From the NCBI RefSeq assembly GCF_009914755.1, contig NC_060940.1: DNA of 64,000 nucleotides; one strand, written 5' to 3'. Each line of letters opens with the position of its first letter. The first letter of the stretch is position 1. The translations under genes and the position numbers were made by a program. The DNA is from the human T2T-CHM13v2.0 reference genome, Homo sapiens. Shown here one piece after another: positions 63,946 through 64,000 of this stretch. Under the pieces are notes generated by a model. The model was not told the origin of the DNA and ran no database searches. It worked only from the letters and a program-made list of their open reading frames with translations.

Positions 63946-64000
63946 ATTGGAAGCAGGTGAGGTAGAAAGTGAAGAGAGTGTGAAGGGAGGTCTTTTTTAC

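Overview
This is primate, most likely human, genomic DNA inside the USP10 gene (ubiquitin-specific peptidase 10) on the + strand. The window starts in intron 1, so exon 1 and the promoter lie upstream, and it ends in intron 10. I reconstructed coding exons 2-10 from splice sites and reading-frame continuity (aa 8-611: FGDF G3BP-binding motif, PAM2 motif, basic NLS-like tract, catalytic Cys424 box). An alternative 5' exon encoding MPWLPSPGIGQ is also present, and intron 5 is a U12-type minor-spliceosome intron. The rest is intronic: about 35 Alus, old L1/L2/MIR relics, two Tigger3 elements, a MER21-like LTR, two minisatellites and several short duplications. No prokaryotic-type system (CRISPR, operon, rRNA, tRNA) is present, and I cannot support a new biological system. 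The most unusual sequence-level observations are: an Alu-to-Alu template-switch inverted copy carrying unique flank DNA; a 53-nt double-hairpin mini-retrocopy with its own poly(A) and TSD; a uORF/re-initiation switch exon; an Alu orientation flip bracketing exons 2-4; and two motif-dense VNTRs. Repeat subfamily names come from recall and their boundaries are approximate.
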